DNA of 42,300 nt from a virus (lineage: Duplodnaviria; Heunggongvirae; Uroviricota; Caudoviricetes): positions 1 to 42,300 of IMG/VR virus record IMGVR_UViG_2778261297_000006, one strand, 5' to 3'. Positions within the stretch are counted from its first letter, which is position 1. Each line of letters begins with the position of its first letter. Positions 27,330 to 38,627 of this stretch are shown piece by piece. The notes below the pieces were generated by a model, which worked only from the letters and a program-made list of their open reading frames with translations, did no database searches and was not told where the DNA came from. Made by a program: the position numbers and the translations under genes.

Positions 27330-28241
27330 ATGGACCAAACCACCGACATTCAGGCTTCTGAAGAATTAACCCTGCCCGGCAATCATGCAGCGGCATCTGC
27401 TGATGGCTTAGTTGTCGATAATGCCAACGACAACGCAGGTCAGGAAGAAGGCTTCGAGATTGTCCTGAAAGACGATGAGAAACCAAAACAAGACCCGGCA
27501 ACTAATGCTGAATTTGCCCGTCGCCGCATCGAACGCAAACGCCAGCGTGAGCTTGAGCAGCAGATGGAAGCGGTTAAGCGTGGAGAGTTGCCGGAGCACC
27601 TGCGGGTGAACCCTGAGTTACCAAAACAACCAGACCCTAACGATTATCTTTCCGAAGATGCACTGGCTAAGTTCGACTATGACCAGAGCCGCGCACTGGC
27701 TGCCTTCCAGCAGGCAAACAGTGAATGGCAGATCAAGGCTATGGACGCACGAAGCCAGGCTGTCGCCGAGCAGGGTCGCAAAACTCAGGAGTTCACCCAG
27801 CAATCAGCGCAATACGTCGAGGCAGCCCGTAAGCACTACGACGCAGCGGAAAAGCTCAATATCCCTGACTATCAGGAGAAAGAGGACGTATTCATGCAAC
27901 TGGTGCCGCCAGCAGTCGGTGCCGACATCATGCGCCTCTTCCCGGAGAAATCCGCCGCTCTCATGTATCACCTTGGTGCTAATCCTGAGAAAACACGCCA
28001 GTTGATGGCGATGGACGGGCAATCCGCGCTGATTGAACTCACTCGACTGTCAGAACGTTTAACTCTCAAGCCTCGAGCCAAGCCTGTTTCAGAAGCCCCG
28101 TTACCTGATGAACCCATTCAGGGACACGCTGTTGCTGCAAATATCTCTGCGATTGAAAAGCAGATGGAAGCGGCAGCAAACAAAGGGGATGTAGAGACGT
28201 ACCGCAAGCTCAAGGCGCAACTGAATAAAGGAATTCGATAA
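27330..28241 (+). CDS. Scaffolding protein, P22 gp8 type (303 aa)
   Basis: 303 aa, acidic and helical, between portal and coat. Confidence 0.85.
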   Translation: MDQTTDIQASEELTLPGNHAAASADGLVVDNANDNAGQEEGFEIVLKDDEKPKQDPATNAEFARRRIERKRQRELEQQMEAVKRGELPEHLRVNPELPKQPDPNDYLSEDALAKFDYDQSRALAAFQQANSEWQIKAMDARSQAVAEQGRKTQEFTQQSAQYVEAARKHYDAAEKLNIPDYQEKEDVFMQLVPPAVGADIMRLFPEKSAALMYHLGANPEKTRQLMAMDGQSALIELTRLSERLTLKPRAKPVSEAPLPDEPIQGHAVAANISAIEKQMEAAANKGDVETYRKLKAQLNKGIR

Positions 28242-29536
28242 TGGCATTAAATGAAGGTCAACTGGTCACGTATGCTCTGGATGAAATCATCGAAACCGTC
28301 CAGAACCTGACGCCAATGGCGTCAAAAGTGACAAAATACACCCCTCCGGCAGAATCCATGCAGCGTTCAAGCAACACCGTGTGGATGCCTGTTGAGCAGG
28401 AAGCGCCAACCCAGACTGGCTGGGATTTAACTGGCAACGCAACCGGGATTCTGGAACTCTCCGTGAAATGCAACATGGGCGATCCGGATAACGATTTCTT
28501 CGAGCTTCGTGCAGATGACCTGCGTGATGAGCGTTCTTACCGTCGCCGCATCCAGGCATCCGCCAAAAAACTGGCGAATAACATTGAGTCAGCGATTGCC
28601 AAACAGGCAACTGAAATGGGCTCGCTTGTTGTTCACGATACCCGCGCAATTGGTCCATCTACTGGCCTGTCTGGCTGGGATTTTGTGTCTGATGCAGAGC
28701 GCCTGATGTTCTCCCGTGAGCTAAACCGCGATATGGGCATCAGTTACTTCCTGAACCCTGACGATTACCGCAAAGCAGGCCGCAACCTGGTAGATGGTGA
28801 CATCTTCGGGCGCGTTCCTGAAGAAGCGTATCGCAACGGTACTATTCAGCGTCAGATTGCTGGCTTTGATGAAATTCTTCGCTCACCGAAACTTCCGGCA
28901 GTTACCAAGTCAACCGCTACTGGTGTAACTGTGTCTGGTGCGCAGAAGTTTAAGCCGCAGGCATACACCCTTGATACCGATGGTAACAAAGAGAACGTCG
29001 ACAACCGTGTTGCAACGGTGACCGTATCCTCCACCACCGGATTTAAGCGCGGCGACAAAATCAGCTTCACTGGTGTGAAATTCCTGTCTCAGATGGCGAA
29101 GAACGTGCTGACTGATGATGCGACTTTCTCAATCACCCGTGTGATCGATGGTACTCACATCGAAATCACGCCGAAACCGATTGCACTGGATGACGCGTCA
29201 CTGACAAAAGAAGAGAAGGCTTACGCTAACGTAAACACCTCTCTTGCTGATACCACTCCGGTAAACGTTCTGAACGTGGCAACAACCACCGCTAACGTGT
29301 TCTGGGCTGATGACTCAATCCGACTGCTGTCTCAGCCTATCCCGGTAACCCATGAGCTGTTTGCTGGCATGAAAACGTCTTCCTTCAGCATTCCTGGTAT
29401 TGGTGTTAACGGCATCTTCGCAACGCAGGGTGATATCAACACTCTGTCTGGTAAGTGCCGTATTGCTGTGTGGTATTCAGCATGTGCTGTACGACCAGAG
29501 GCAATTGGTGTTGGTCTGCCTAACCAGACCGCGTGA
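28241..29536 (+). CDS. Major coat protein, P22 gp5 type (431 aa)
   Basis: Size and position; TAATG coupling to the scaffold gene; hairpin attenuator downstream. Confidence 0.9.
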   Translation: MALNEGQLVTYALDEIIETVQNLTPMASKVTKYTPPAESMQRSSNTVWMPVEQEAPTQTGWDLTGNATGILELSVKCNMGDPDNDFFELRADDLRDERSYRRRIQASAKKLANNIESAIAKQATEMGSLVVHDTRAIGPSTGLSGWDFVSDAERLMFSRELNRDMGISYFLNPDDYRKAGRNLVDGDIFGRVPEEAYRNGTIQRQIAGFDEILRSPKLPAVTKSTATGVTVSGAQKFKPQAYTLDTDGNKENVDNRVATVTVSSTTGFKRGDKISFTGVKFLSQMAKNVLTDDATFSITRVIDGTHIEITPKPIALDDASLTKEEKAYANVNTSLADTTPVNVLNVATTTANVFWADDSIRLLSQPIPVTHELFAGMKTSSFSIPGIGVNGIFATQGDINTLSGKCRIAVWYSACAVRPEAIGVGLPNQTA

Positions 29537-29544
29537 TAACCAGA

Positions 29545-29566
29545 GGGAGCTTCGGCTCCCTTTTCT
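29545..29566 (+). terminator. Hairpin plus T-tract attenuator after the coat gene
   Basis: gggagc-ttcg-gctccc followed by ttttct, 9 nt after the coat stop. Confidence 0.5.
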
Positions 29567-29579
29567 ATTGGAGATACCA

Positions 29580-30173
29580 ATGAGCGTAATGATTTTTCAG
29601 GCTGGCGGAGATACCAAAATCTGGGGGCGCAAGCTGAAAACGAAAACCGTTGATCCTGATGATGTAGCTGTGCACTTAGCAAATGGCTGGTATAAGCACC
29701 CTGACGATGTTCCTGATGATCCTCTTGTTGGTGATCAAATTGGGAGTGTTGGCGGAGGTGAAACTTCCCCAGTTGATATGGGCGAAGTGTCCGACGGTTA
29801 TCACACTTTTAACGAGCTTTACGCTCACCGAGTGCGCCTCTTCTCATCGCTGATGCATGCTTACGCTGAGCTTTCGTGGTGGTCTCGCAAACACAGTGAC
29901 GGTGAAGAGTGGGATGGCTGGATCATTGCTGGTATCACCACTCCAGAAGGCGAAATCACTTATCACCTACCTGTTGAAGAAATCGAGTTCCTTCCTGAAG
30001 GTACTGAGCTTGAGTTCGGGAAAGAGTGGGATGGTCATGAAGCAAATGATGTTCTTGGACGACTCCTGAGTTTGCGTCCGGCTATTGCAGAGCCAGAGCC
30101 AGAAGAAAAACAGCGTAAAAAGCCTGGTCGAAAACCTAAGGCGGCAGCAGATGAACCTGACAACGAAGGGTGA
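29580..30173 (+). CDS. Hypothetical acidic protein (about 197 aa) between coat and the gp4 homolog
   Basis: ATG at 29580 with GGAG 6 nt upstream; Lys/Pro-rich basic tail; no corresponding gene in the P22 order as I recall it. Confidence 0.5.
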   Translation: MSVMIFQAGGDTKIWGRKLKTKTVDPDDVAVHLANGWYKHPDDVPDDPLVGDQIGSVGGGETSPVDMGEVSDGYHTFNELYAHRVRLFSSLMHAYAELSWWSRKHSDGEEWDGWIIAGITTPEGEITYHLPVEEIEFLPEGTELEFGKEWDGHEANDVLGRLLSLRPAIAEPEPEEKQRKKPGRKPKAAADEPDNEG

Positions 30174-30651
30174 TTTAGTCCTTGCAGCATTACGTAAGCT
30201 CGGTGTTGCATCAAATGCCACGTTAACCGATGTCGAACCGCAGTCTATGGAAGACGGCGTCAACGACCTTGAAATGATGATGGCTGAATGGCTTGGCGGT
30301 GATGTGTCACCTGGTATCAACGTTGGCTACATTTTTGCTGATGCAGATGTCGCTCCGGATCCGGGCGATGAGCACGGTTTATCAAATAACGCTATCAATG
30401 CCGTCATTTTCAACCTTGCCTGCCGCATTGCTCCGGATTATGCGCTGGAATCGTCAGCAAAACTTATAACCACTGCCAGATACGGGAAAGAGCGACTCGT
30501 CAAACTGTCTGCAATGGACAGAGCAAAAGCCGCTAAATGTAAGTCCGGTTATCCAAACCGTATGCCTGTTGGTAGCGGTAACCAGTTGGCGAAGTGGAAC
30601 GGTTGGAATTACTTCCACCGGAAGGAACCTTGCGATAACGGGAGCGAATAA
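30148..30651 (+). CDS. Head-completion / tail accessory protein, P22 gp4 type (167 aa)
   Basis: [27 protein letters not shown] pattern, size and position; start at the internal ATG at 30148. Confidence 0.7.
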   Translation, partial: QMNLTTKGDLVLAALRKLGVASNATLTDVEPQSMEDGVNDLEMMMAEWLGGDVSPGINVGYIFADADVAPDPGDEHGLSNNAINAVIFNLACRIAPDYALESSAKLITTARYGKERLVKLSAMDRAKAAKCKSGYPNRMPVGSGNQLAKWNGWNYFHRKEPCDNGSE

Positions 30652-32070
30652 ATGCCGATTCAGCAACTTCCGCTTATGAAAGGTGTCGGCAAAGACTTTC
30701 GAAACGCTGACTATATCGACTATCTGCCAGTGAATATGCTGGCTACACCCAAAGAAATACTCAACAGCAGCGGATATCTTCGCTCATTCCCGGGCATTGC
30801 CAAACGTTCTGATGTGAATGGTGTATCGCGCGGTGTCGAGTACAACATGGCGCAGAATGCTGTTTATCGCGTGTGTGGTGGCAAGTTGTATAATGGCGAA
30901 AGCGAGGTCGGTGATGTTGCCGGAAGTGGTCGCGTATCAATGGCGCATGGGCGAACATCTCAGGCGGTAGGCGTTAATGGTCAACTGGTCGAGTATCGCT
31001 ATGATGGCACGGTTAAAACAGTCTCAAACTGGCCTACAGACAGCGGATTCACTCAGTATGAGTTAGGTTCGGTTCGCGACATTACGCGCTTACGTGGGCG
31101 TTATGCGTGGTCAAAAGACGGAACTGATTCATGGTTTATCACTGACCTTGAAGACGAATCGCACCCTGACCGATACAGTGCGCAATATCGCGCAGAATCG
31201 CAGCCTGACGGCATCATCGGCATAGGTACATGGCGAGACTTCATCGTCTGCTTTGGTTCATCGACGATTGAATATTTTTCCCTGACAGGTGCAACCACCG
31301 TTGGTGCCGCTTTGTATGTCGCACAGCCATCGCTGATGGTGCAGAAAGGTATTGCCGGGACTTACTGCAAAACGCCGTTTGCTGATTCGTATGCGTTCAT
31401 CAGCAATCCGGCAACTGGTGCGCCGTCTGTATACATCATTGGCTCCGGTCAGGTGTCACCAATCGCCAGCGCGAGCATTGAGAAAATTCTCCGCTCCTAC
31501 ACTGCTGATGAACTGGCTGATGGTGTGATGGAGTCTCTGCGATTTGATGCGCATGAGCTGCTGATTATCCATCTTCCGCGCCATGTTCTGGTGTACGACG
31601 CATCTTCAAGCGCCAATGGTCCGCAATGGTGTGTGCTGAAAACAGGCCTGTATGACGATGTGTACCGCGCTATCGACTTCATTTACGAAGGCAATCAGAT
31701 AACGTGCGGCGATAAGCTGGAATCGGTTACTGGCAAATTGCAGTTCGATATCAGCAGCCAGTATGGGCTTCAACAGGAACACCTGCTGTTTACTCCACTG
31801 TTCAAAGCGGATAACGCCAGAGTGTTCGACCTTGAGATTGAATCGTCAACTGGCGTTGCGCAGTATGCTGACCGCCTTTTTCTCTCTGCAACCACTGACG
31901 GCATCAATTACGGGCGTGAGCAGATGATTGAGCAGAATGAACCGTTCGTTTACGACAAACGCGTTTTGTGGAAGCGAGTAGGGCGCATCAGGAAAAATGT
32001 CGGCTTCAAATTGCGCGTTATCACGAAGTCACCTGTCACTCTGTCTGGCTGCCAGATAAGGATTGAGTAA
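30652..32070 (+). CDS. Tail accessory protein, P22 gp10 type (472 aa)
   Basis: Exact size match and position. Confidence 0.8.
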   Translation: MPIQQLPLMKGVGKDFRNADYIDYLPVNMLATPKEILNSSGYLRSFPGIAKRSDVNGVSRGVEYNMAQNAVYRVCGGKLYNGESEVGDVAGSGRVSMAHGRTSQAVGVNGQLVEYRYDGTVKTVSNWPTDSGFTQYELGSVRDITRLRGRYAWSKDGTDSWFITDLEDESHPDRYSAQYRAESQPDGIIGIGTWRDFIVCFGSSTIEYFSLTGATTVGAALYVAQPSLMVQKGIAGTYCKTPFADSYAFISNPATGAPSVYIIGSGQVSPIASASIEKILRSYTADELADGVMESLRFDAHELLIIHLPRHVLVYDASSSANGPQWCVLKTGLYDDVYRAIDFIYEGNQITCGDKLESVTGKLQFDISSQYGLQQEHLLFTPLFKADNARVFDLEIESSTGVAQYADRLFLSATTDGINYGREQMIEQNEPFVYDKRVLWKRVGRIRKNVGFKLRVITKSPVTLSGCQIRIE

Positions 32071-32918
32071 TGGCTGATTCGAATCTCAACACCCCTGTTA
32101 TTGTGCAGGCGACGCGGCTCGATACATCAATCCTTCCACGCAATATCTTCTCGCAGTCGTATCTGCTGTACGTTATCGCACAGGGTACTGATGTTGGTAA
32201 CGTGGCGAACAAGGCCAACGAGGCCGGACAGGGCGCTTATGACGCACAAGTCAGGAACGATGAGCAGGATGTGATTCTCGCTGACCATGAGCAGCGAATT
32301 TCTGCTGCGGAAGCAACGCTTGTTAATCATGAGGAGCGAATCAGCCAGGCAGAATCAACTCTTCAGGAACATGAAACACGAATAGCGCAGAATGAAAGCG
32401 ATATTGCGTCGCTTGATACCAGAGTTCAGTCGCTGGAATCGCAGGTTTCAGACCATGAAACGCGCATCGATGCTCTGGAGTATGCCACTACTCGAAAGAA
32501 GTCAGAGGTTGTTTACTCTGGCGTATCAGTAACCATCCCGACAGCGCCGACCAACCTTGTTAGCCTGCTGAAAACGCTCACGCCGTCATCCGGGACGTTG
32601 GCACCATTCTTCGACACTGTTAACAACAAGATGGTTGTGTTCAACGAGAACAAAACCTTGTTCTTCAAGCTGTCGATCGTCGGGACGTGGCCCAGCGGAA
32701 CCGCCAACAGGTCAATGCAGCTAACCTTTTCCGGCTCTGTTCCTGACACACTGGTAAGCAGTCGTAATGCGGCGACAACAACCGACAACATCCTGTTAGC
32801 TACGTTCTTCAGCGTGGATAAAGACGGCTTTCTTGCCACAAATGGCAGCACGTTAACCATTCAGTCTAATGGTGCGGCGTTTACTGCCACAACCATCAAA
32901 ATCATTGCGGAGCAGTGA
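32070..32918 (+). CDS. Tail needle, P22 gp26 type with C-terminal knob (282 aa)
   Basis: N-terminal heptad repeats ([37 protein letters not shown]) and an extra C-terminal globular domain, as in Sf6-type needles. Confidence 0.75.
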   Translation: MADSNLNTPVIVQATRLDTSILPRNIFSQSYLLYVIAQGTDVGNVANKANEAGQGAYDAQVRNDEQDVILADHEQRISAAEATLVNHEERISQAESTLQEHETRIAQNESDIASLDTRVQSLESQVSDHETRIDALEYATTRKKSEVVYSGVSVTIPTAPTNLVSLLKTLTPSSGTLAPFFDTVNNKMVVFNENKTLFFKLSIVGTWPSGTANRSMQLTFSGSVPDTLVSSRNAATTTDNILLATFFSVDKDGFLATNGSTLTIQSNGAAFTATTIKIIAEQ

Positions 32919-33397
32919 TGGAAATAAAGCTCATCGATAATCCGGTGAAGCTTGCAGAATTCCTCAACAACCCGGCAAACACGGGAAATATCGTAGACAG
33001 GGGAGATAAATACTACATCAAGCCTGATGCGGTATACCTCGGCATCTACGAAGGATTAGTGCTGGCTGGCGTTCATGAAGTGCGTAACTTCTGGCATAGC
33101 GTTGTTGAATGCCATGCGGTGTACGACCCCGGATTCCGTGGTGAATATGCACTGCAAGGGCATCGATTATTCTGCAAATGGCTTCTCGAAAACTCACCAT
33201 TCCTTAACAGCATCACTATGGTTCCTGACACCACGAAATACGGACGGGCAATTATCCGTTTGCTTGGCGCTACCCGTGTTGGTCACCTTGATGATGCTTA
33301 TACCAGCAATGGAAATCCTGTAGGCATCACGATTTATCAGTTACCGCGCTCAAAATACGAGGAGCTAAAGAATGTTAATTTTCCAGATTGCCAATAA
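32918..33397 (+). CDS. Protein at the P22 gp14 position (159 aa)
   Basis: Assigned by position and size only. Confidence 0.45.
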   Translation: MEIKLIDNPVKLAEFLNNPANTGNIVDRGDKYYIKPDAVYLGIYEGLVLAGVHEVRNFWHSVVECHAVYDPGFRGEYALQGHRLFCKWLLENSPFLNSITMVPDTTKYGRAIIRLLGATRVGHLDDAYTSNGNPVGITIYQLPRSKYEELKNVNFPDCQ

Positions 33398-34025
33398 GCA
33401 CCTCAGCAAAGTTGTTTACTGCAAAGGTGGCAGTGATGGCGGTTCAAAAGCCCAGGCACGCGCAACTGAAAAAGGTATCGAATTGCAGCGTGAAATGTGG
33501 CAAACGAACATGCAAAACCTTGCACCGTTTACGCCACTCGCTCAGCAGTATGTATCACAGTTGCAGAATCTTTCCTCACTTCAGGGGCAAGGGCAGGCAC
33601 TTAACCAGTATTACAACTCCCAGCAGTACAAAGACCTTGCAGGGCAGGCTCGTTACCAGAGTCTGGCGGCAGCAGAGGCAACGGGTGGATTAGGCTCTAC
33701 AGCAACAGGAAACCAGTTAGCAGCAATCGCACCTACACTCGGTCAAAACTGGCTGTCAGGTCAGATGAACAACTACAACAATCTGGCAAATATCGGCCTT
33801 GGTGCTCTTACAGGTCAGGCAAACGCCGGACAGAACTACGCTAACAATGTCAGCCAATTGTATCAACAGCAGGCGGCAGCATCTGCGGCTAATGCGAATA
33901 AACCATCAGGATTTCAGAGTGCCTTGGGTGGAGCGGCGGCAGGTGCAGCTGCAGGTACTGCAATCATGCCTGGTTGGGGTACAGCAATTGGTGCTGGCGT
34001 CGGTCTTCTTGGTTCACTTTTTTAA
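33372..34025 (+). CDS. Ejection protein, P22 gp7 type (217 aa)
   Basis: Position; Gln/Ala/Gly-rich low-complexity body and hydrophobic C-terminus. Confidence 0.65.
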   Translation: MLIFQIANKHLSKVVYCKGGSDGGSKAQARATEKGIELQREMWQTNMQNLAPFTPLAQQYVSQLQNLSSLQGQGQALNQYYNSQQYKDLAGQARYQSLAAAEATGGLGSTATGNQLAAIAPTLGQNWLSGQMNNYNNLANIGLGALTGQANAGQNYANNVSQLYQQQAAASAANANKPSGFQSALGGAAAGAAAGTAIMPGWGTAIGAGVGLLGSLF

Positions 34026-34037
34026 TGGAGGTGTCTC

Positions 34038-35450
34038 TTGGCTACATGGCAACAGGCTGGTAATTCAGGCGCGCTTCTTGCCGGGTTAGGCGGCATGAAC
34101 TCCAACGCTCCAAGAGCAAGTGATGCAGACGCCACGCTTGCATACATTCGACAGAATAATGAGATGGAGCGTTCAGGACGTAATAACGTTGGCTTGCAGG
34201 CTTTGCAGGGCATTTCATCTGTCATGGATATGTATAAGCAGATGGATCAGCAGAAGCGGCAGCAAGAGTTTCAGCAGGCTTATGCTGATGCATATACATC
34301 TGGTGACCGCGATGCAATGCGAAAGCTGGCATCACAGTATCCTGAGCAATTTGACGCTGTAAGAAACGGCATGAAATTTGTCGATGAAGACCAGCGTTCC
34401 ACTGTCGGTACACTGGCAGCAAGTGCCAGGCTCGCAGCTTCATCTCCAGAAGCCATGATGTCATGGTTGCAGAACAACTCATCTGAGCTTACTCGTGCCG
34501 GAGTAGACCCTCTGGATGTGGCGAAAATGTATCAGCAAAATCCACAAGGTTTCACAGAGTTTGTTGATCACCTTGGAATGGCTGCACTTGGTCCAGAACA
34601 ATATTTTCAGGCGCAAGACAGAATCGTTGGGCGTGAGATTGATCGCGGAAAACTTGCAGAGACAATCCGCAGCAATCAGGCTGGTGAAGCACTTCAGGCG
34701 AGAGGGCAAAACCTTTCCTATCAGTCAGCAATGACTGGGCACAATATCGCAGCACAACGCTTGGCTCTGGATCAGCAAGAGTTCGGGTTTAAAATGCAGC
34801 AAGCGCAGGAAAAGGCTCAGCAGTTGATTAGCGAAGCACCTAAGCTGTCAGTAAACATGGAAAAAGGCATCGAGACGGCTGTAAACAATGCTACAGCATC
34901 ATCAAACTCAGCCAATTCTATGAGTGCGCTTGCTCAACAGTTCAGAGCAGAAAAACCAACGACAGGTTTGTTCGGTAACGCACAGAACATGTTCGCAAAA
35001 CTTACCGGAAGCGATACAACATTGCGTGATTTGCGCATTCGCCAAAATGCCCTTGTTAACAGTCAGGTTCTTAAATTCCTACCTCCCGGCCCAGCAACGG
35101 ATAAAGACGTTGAGATCGTTCGACAGGGTGCTCCAACTGACATGGATAACCCTGAGACGGTCGCAAGATGGCTTGATGCAATGGCAAACCTTGAGCGACG
35201 AAACGCGCAGTTTAATGAGTTTAAAGCCGAGTGGATGAGCGCGAATGGCAACCCTGGACAATCGCGTAATGGCGGTCAGATATTGGGGTTGGATGTTAAA
35301 AAAGGTGAATCATTGGGGAGTGCCGTTAAGCGGTATATGTCAATGAATACTGACGCAGCGCCAGCACAAGATTCGACACCTTCAGGAGAACCACGGAATA
35401 AGGTTGGATCATATACCTCAAAATCAGGCATTCAATTTACGGTGGAATGA
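34038..35450 (+). CDS. Ejection protein, P22 gp20 type (470 aa)
   Basis: Size and position; TTG start with GGAGG upstream. Confidence 0.7.
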   Translation: MATWQQAGNSGALLAGLGGMNSNAPRASDADATLAYIRQNNEMERSGRNNVGLQALQGISSVMDMYKQMDQQKRQQEFQQAYADAYTSGDRDAMRKLASQYPEQFDAVRNGMKFVDEDQRSTVGTLAASARLAASSPEAMMSWLQNNSSELTRAGVDPLDVAKMYQQNPQGFTEFVDHLGMAALGPEQYFQAQDRIVGREIDRGKLAETIRSNQAGEALQARGQNLSYQSAMTGHNIAAQRLALDQQEFGFKMQQAQEKAQQLISEAPKLSVNMEKGIETAVNNATASSNSANSMSALAQQFRAEKPTTGLFGNAQNMFAKLTGSDTTLRDLRIRQNALVNSQVLKFLPPGPATDKDVEIVRQGAPTDMDNPETVARWLDAMANLERRNAQFNEFKAEWMSANGNPGQSRNGGQILGLDVKKGESLGSAVKRYMSMNTDAAPAQDSTPSGEPRNKVGSYTSKSGIQFTVE

Positions 35451-37453
35451 TGAAAGTAACTGCAAACGGTAAGACATTTACCTTTCCTGATGGTACGAGC
35501 ACCGAAGATATTGGCACCGCCATTGATGAGTATTTTGCTGGTCAGTCAGCACCAACACAACAAGGTGTTCAGCAATCGCCAGCAGACAACTCACTTGCAT
35601 CAGGATATGCACAGATTGCCACTCAGCAGAAGGAAGGACTAGATCGCTCTGCTGAGCAAGGGGCTGTTTTAGGTGCTGCAATGCGCGATGCCGTTACCGG
35701 TGAAAGCCGAATGACACCAGAAATGGAGAGACTGCAAAATGTTGGGTCTGCTCCAGAGCTTAATAGCTTAAGCACTGATGCGCTGCGTGCTGGATTGGGG
35801 CAGCTATTTGGTTCAGACGCTTCACAGGAGAAAATACTGCAAAGTATTGGCGGGAAAATCCGGAAGGATGAGAAGGGAAATTCCATAGTCACCCTTCCTT
35901 CAGGGGAATATGCACTTAACAAGCCTGGTTTGTCACCGCAGGATATAACGTCATTCTTGGCAAATGCTCTTGCATTCACTCCAGCAGGTAGAGCTGCGTC
36001 TGTTGTAGGTGCAACACTAAAATCAGGCGCTACTGATTTAGCTTTACAGGGTGCCACTAAGATCGCTGGCGGTGAGAATGTTAATCCAGTTCAAACTGCA
36101 ATTTCTGCTGGTCTTGGTGGGGTACTGAAGGGTGTAGAAAACACCGCAAGCGCAGTGTCTCGTTCTGCTATGGGTAAGATTGCTCCTGAAAAACAAGCTC
36201 AGATTGACTTTGCCAAGCAGAACAACTTGCCACTGATGACAACAGATCTTGTGGAACCGGGAACAAATATTGGTAAGCAAGCACGAGCTATGGCTGAGCG
36301 AATCCCAATAGCCGGAACAGGTGGGATAAGAAATGCACAGCAAAAGGCCAGGGAAGATTTAGTTAGAACATTTAGCGATAATGTTGGTGGAATATCTGAC
36401 GCACAACTTTACCAATCAGCTACTCGTGGTCAGCAGCAATTTATTCAGGCTGCTGGCAAGCGGTACGACAGGATCATCAGTTTGATGGGGGATACTCCTG
36501 TTGACATCACTGGAACAGTGAAAGCAATTGATGAGCAGATTTCCAAGTTAACTCGCCCAGGAGTATCGCAAGACCGCTCAGCTGTTTCTGTCCTTCAACA
36601 GTTTAGAAATGACATCACCAGTGGTCCAAATAACCTGCAATTAGCTAGAGAAAACCGTACAAACTTACGTAAGCGCTTTATGGCAGCACCTGACGAGGTC
36701 GATAGAGATACGCTGGAGAAAGCTGCGCAGTCTGTTTATAACGCATACACAACAGACATGAAAAAAGCGGTTGGCGCAAAACTAGGTGCGAAGGAAGCGC
36801 AAAACATGTCGCGTGTTGATCGTTCTTGGGCAAAGTTCAACGACATGATGAGCAATACACGTGTCCAAAAAGCTATTCAGAGTGGTAAAACAACGCCAGA
36901 AGATGTCACTAAACTAGTATTCAGCCAAAGCCCAGCGGAAAGGGCGCAACTTTATCGATTGCTTGATGATAGTGGGCGTCAAAATGCTAGAGCAGCACTT
37001 GTTCAGCGTGCAATGGATAAGGCGACAAGCGATTCAGGAAAGCTTAGCGTTGAGAAGTTTATTAATGAAATGAAAAGGAATCGGAAGCAGGCTGAGACGT
37101 TCTTCAGAGGAGAGCATGGGAAACAGCTTGATGGGATAATGAAATATCTTGATTCCACTAGACAGGCAGCTACAGCTGCCGCAAGCCCACTAACAGGGCA
37201 AATGGTAGCTGGTCCAGCAGCGATGATAACAGCTCTTGCGTCTGTTACAAATCCAATGTTTGCAAAAGTTGCGGCAGTTGGAGCTGGTATCGGTATGGCT
37301 GGCAGGGGCTATGAGTCACGCGCGATGAGGAACGCATTACTAAAGTTAGCAAACACGCCAAAAGGAAGTACTGCTTATGATAGAGCGATCAGACGGGTAT
37401 CTGAAACTCTTACACCTCTAATTCAGGCTTCAAGTGAGAAAGCCCAGCAGTAA
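35447..37453 (+). CDS. Ejection protein, P22 gp16 type (668 aa)
   Basis: Position; last gene of the late block before the immI-like region. Confidence 0.7.
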   Translation: MMKVTANGKTFTFPDGTSTEDIGTAIDEYFAGQSAPTQQGVQQSPADNSLASGYAQIATQQKEGLDRSAEQGAVLGAAMRDAVTGESRMTPEMERLQNVGSAPELNSLSTDALRAGLGQLFGSDASQEKILQSIGGKIRKDEKGNSIVTLPSGEYALNKPGLSPQDITSFLANALAFTPAGRAASVVGATLKSGATDLALQGATKIAGGENVNPVQTAISAGLGGVLKGVENTASAVSRSAMGKIAPEKQAQIDFAKQNNLPLMTTDLVEPGTNIGKQARAMAERIPIAGTGGIRNAQQKAREDLVRTFSDNVGGISDAQLYQSATRGQQQFIQAAGKRYDRIISLMGDTPVDITGTVKAIDEQISKLTRPGVSQDRSAVSVLQQFRNDITSGPNNLQLARENRTNLRKRFMAAPDEVDRDTLEKAAQSVYNAYTTDMKKAVGAKLGAKEAQNMSRVDRSWAKFNDMMSNTRVQKAIQSGKTTPEDVTKLVFSQSPAERAQLYRLLDDSGRQNARAALVQRAMDKATSDSGKLSVEKFINEMKRNRKQAETFFRGEHGKQLDGIMKYLDSTRQAATAAASPLTGQMVAGPAAMITALASVTNPMFAKVAAVGAGIGMAGRGYESRAMRNALLKLANTPKGSTAYDRAIRRVSETLTPLIQASSEKAQQ

Positions 37454-37461
37454 AAAGTTGG

Positions 37462-37782
37462 TTAGCGGTTGATGGTTGCTTTTTTCGGGTCATACCATCT
37501 CGGCCATTCTTTCAGGAATGGGAATGAGTCGGGTGCGTGGTTCTTTTTGTACGATTTAAGCAGCCTTAACCGCTCAATCGCACACTCATAAACCTCTTGT
37601 TGCCCTGTAGTCATCTCGGTCCATGAAAGGTGATCCATTGATAAGACAACGTTTTCAGCTTCTTTTATGAGGGCGTTTTTATTTCTCACCGCAGCAGCAT
37701 GGCTGACAGAGCAATCCTGCCATATTCTTAAAATCCAAATAGCTAAGCAGATGAAAAAAATGGTAGATAGCGATATATACAC
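37462..37782 (-). CDS. Membrane-anchored hypothetical protein (about 106 aa from the GTG at 37782)
   Basis: AAGGAGG 5 nt upstream of the GTG; N-terminal TM helix YISLSTIFFICLAIWILRIW. The track's longer ORF to 37998 would overlap zincin-like gene B on the other strand. Confidence 0.45.
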   Translation of the reverse strand: MYISLSTIFFICLAIWILRIWQDCSVSHAAAVRNKNALIKEAENVVLSMDHLSWTEMTTGQQEVYECAIERLRLLKSYKKNHAPDSFPFLKEWPRWYDPKKATINR

Positions 37783-37812
37783 ACCAACCTCCTTAGTTTT
37801 TCGCAGGATACC

Positions 37813-38178
37813 ATGAAAAAAGTAAACATTGGAAACGTACCAAAGATGCTCGTACCGCTCTTTGAGAGCGGTACGATTGTGTTTTGCAGAGACTTTCCAG
37901 AATGGCAACGCCTGCATCAAAAACTTGGCGTGGACGTGCAGGACTCGGATGCCAACGGAGCGTCTCATACAATGAGCAGCGAGAATGGTGTTTTGCATGT
38001 GATAGGCGTGTTCAATGGCAAACTATCTACCATTGCCCATGAGTGCGCTCACATGGCATTCGATATCTGCTCAAGGGTCGGTGTTGATGTTGAACCAGGA
38101 AGAGCCAACGAGACTTACTGCTACTTAATGAGCAGGCTTGTTGAGTTCTGCGAGCGACATATCAAAAAGCCGGAGTGA
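37813..38178 (+). CDS. Minimal zincin-like protein B (HExxH...E, 121 aa); paralog of 22523..22912
   Basis: HECAHMAF and ANETYCY motifs shared with copy A; on the late-operon strand directly after the gp16 homolog. Confidence 0.6.
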   Translation: MKKVNIGNVPKMLVPLFESGTIVFCRDFPEWQRLHQKLGVDVQDSDANGASHTMSSENGVLHVIGVFNGKLSTIAHECAHMAFDICSRVGVDVEPGRANETYCYLMSRLVEFCERHIKKPE

Positions 38179-38202
38179 CCCGGCTTGATTATTACTTTTT
38201 TT
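38164..38202. terminator. Bidirectional hairpin terminator between zincin-like gene B and the convergent membrane gene
   Basis: Stem aagccgg/ccggctt flanked by an A-run on one side and a T-run on the other. Confidence 0.5.
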
Positions 38203-38416
38203 GGTATGTTAAGAATGGCAAGTCGCCAGTGTACCCCAAGCGGAAAAGCTCCAATTGCTTATCTCTTATGGATAAAAAATAATCGTTTCTTGCCTTTTTA
38301 AGCCACAACCAGCCGATCATCAAGATGAATAATATTGATATTATTGGCATCGGGGAGATCAACACCACTCCGATGAATAATGACGCTAGCAGCACCGATA
38401 AAATAGCAGAAACCAT
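38192..38416 (-). CDS. Small two-helix membrane protein (74 aa), AT-rich
   Basis: Two hydrophobic segments (SAILSVLLASLFIGVVLI and IISILFILMIGWLWL) and a basic C-terminal tail; GGGAG ribosome-binding site. Confidence 0.5.
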   Translation of the reverse strand: MVSAILSVLLASLFIGVVLISPMPIISILFILMIGWLWLKKARNDYFLSIRDKQLELFRLGYTGDLPFLTYQKK

Positions 38417-38441
38417 ACTAATCTCCCACTAAGGTAACAAT

Positions 38442-38627
38442 ATGACCATAGAAGAACGCCTGAACAACATCGAGTTGAATCAAACCCTGCTTGACCAGCG
38501 ACTTTCAGATCTTGAACTTAAAGATCTGGATGCGCAAATATCGGAAGCAGAAGCCAAGCTCTCCAGCCTAAACCACCGCAAGAAGCAAATCCGCAACAGA
38601 ATTACTCAGGGACGCGGAAGCTGTTGA
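38442..38627 (+). CDS. Possible small coiled-coil protein (61 aa); coding status uncertain
   Basis: ATG with an AAGG-type site upstream; overlaps the 3' end of the convergent 69-aa gene by 26 nt. Confidence 0.3.
   Translation: MTIEERLNNIELNQTLLDQRLSDLELKDLDAQISEAEAKLSSLNHRKKQIRNRITQGRGSC

Noticed and set aside
37783-37998. Longer 178-aa version of the minus-strand membrane protein
   Set aside because: The upstream extension overlaps the zincin-like gene (37813..38178) on the opposite strand by about 185 bp; an in-frame GTG at 37782 with AAGGAGG 5 nt upstream gives a non-overlapping gene. This remains uncertain.
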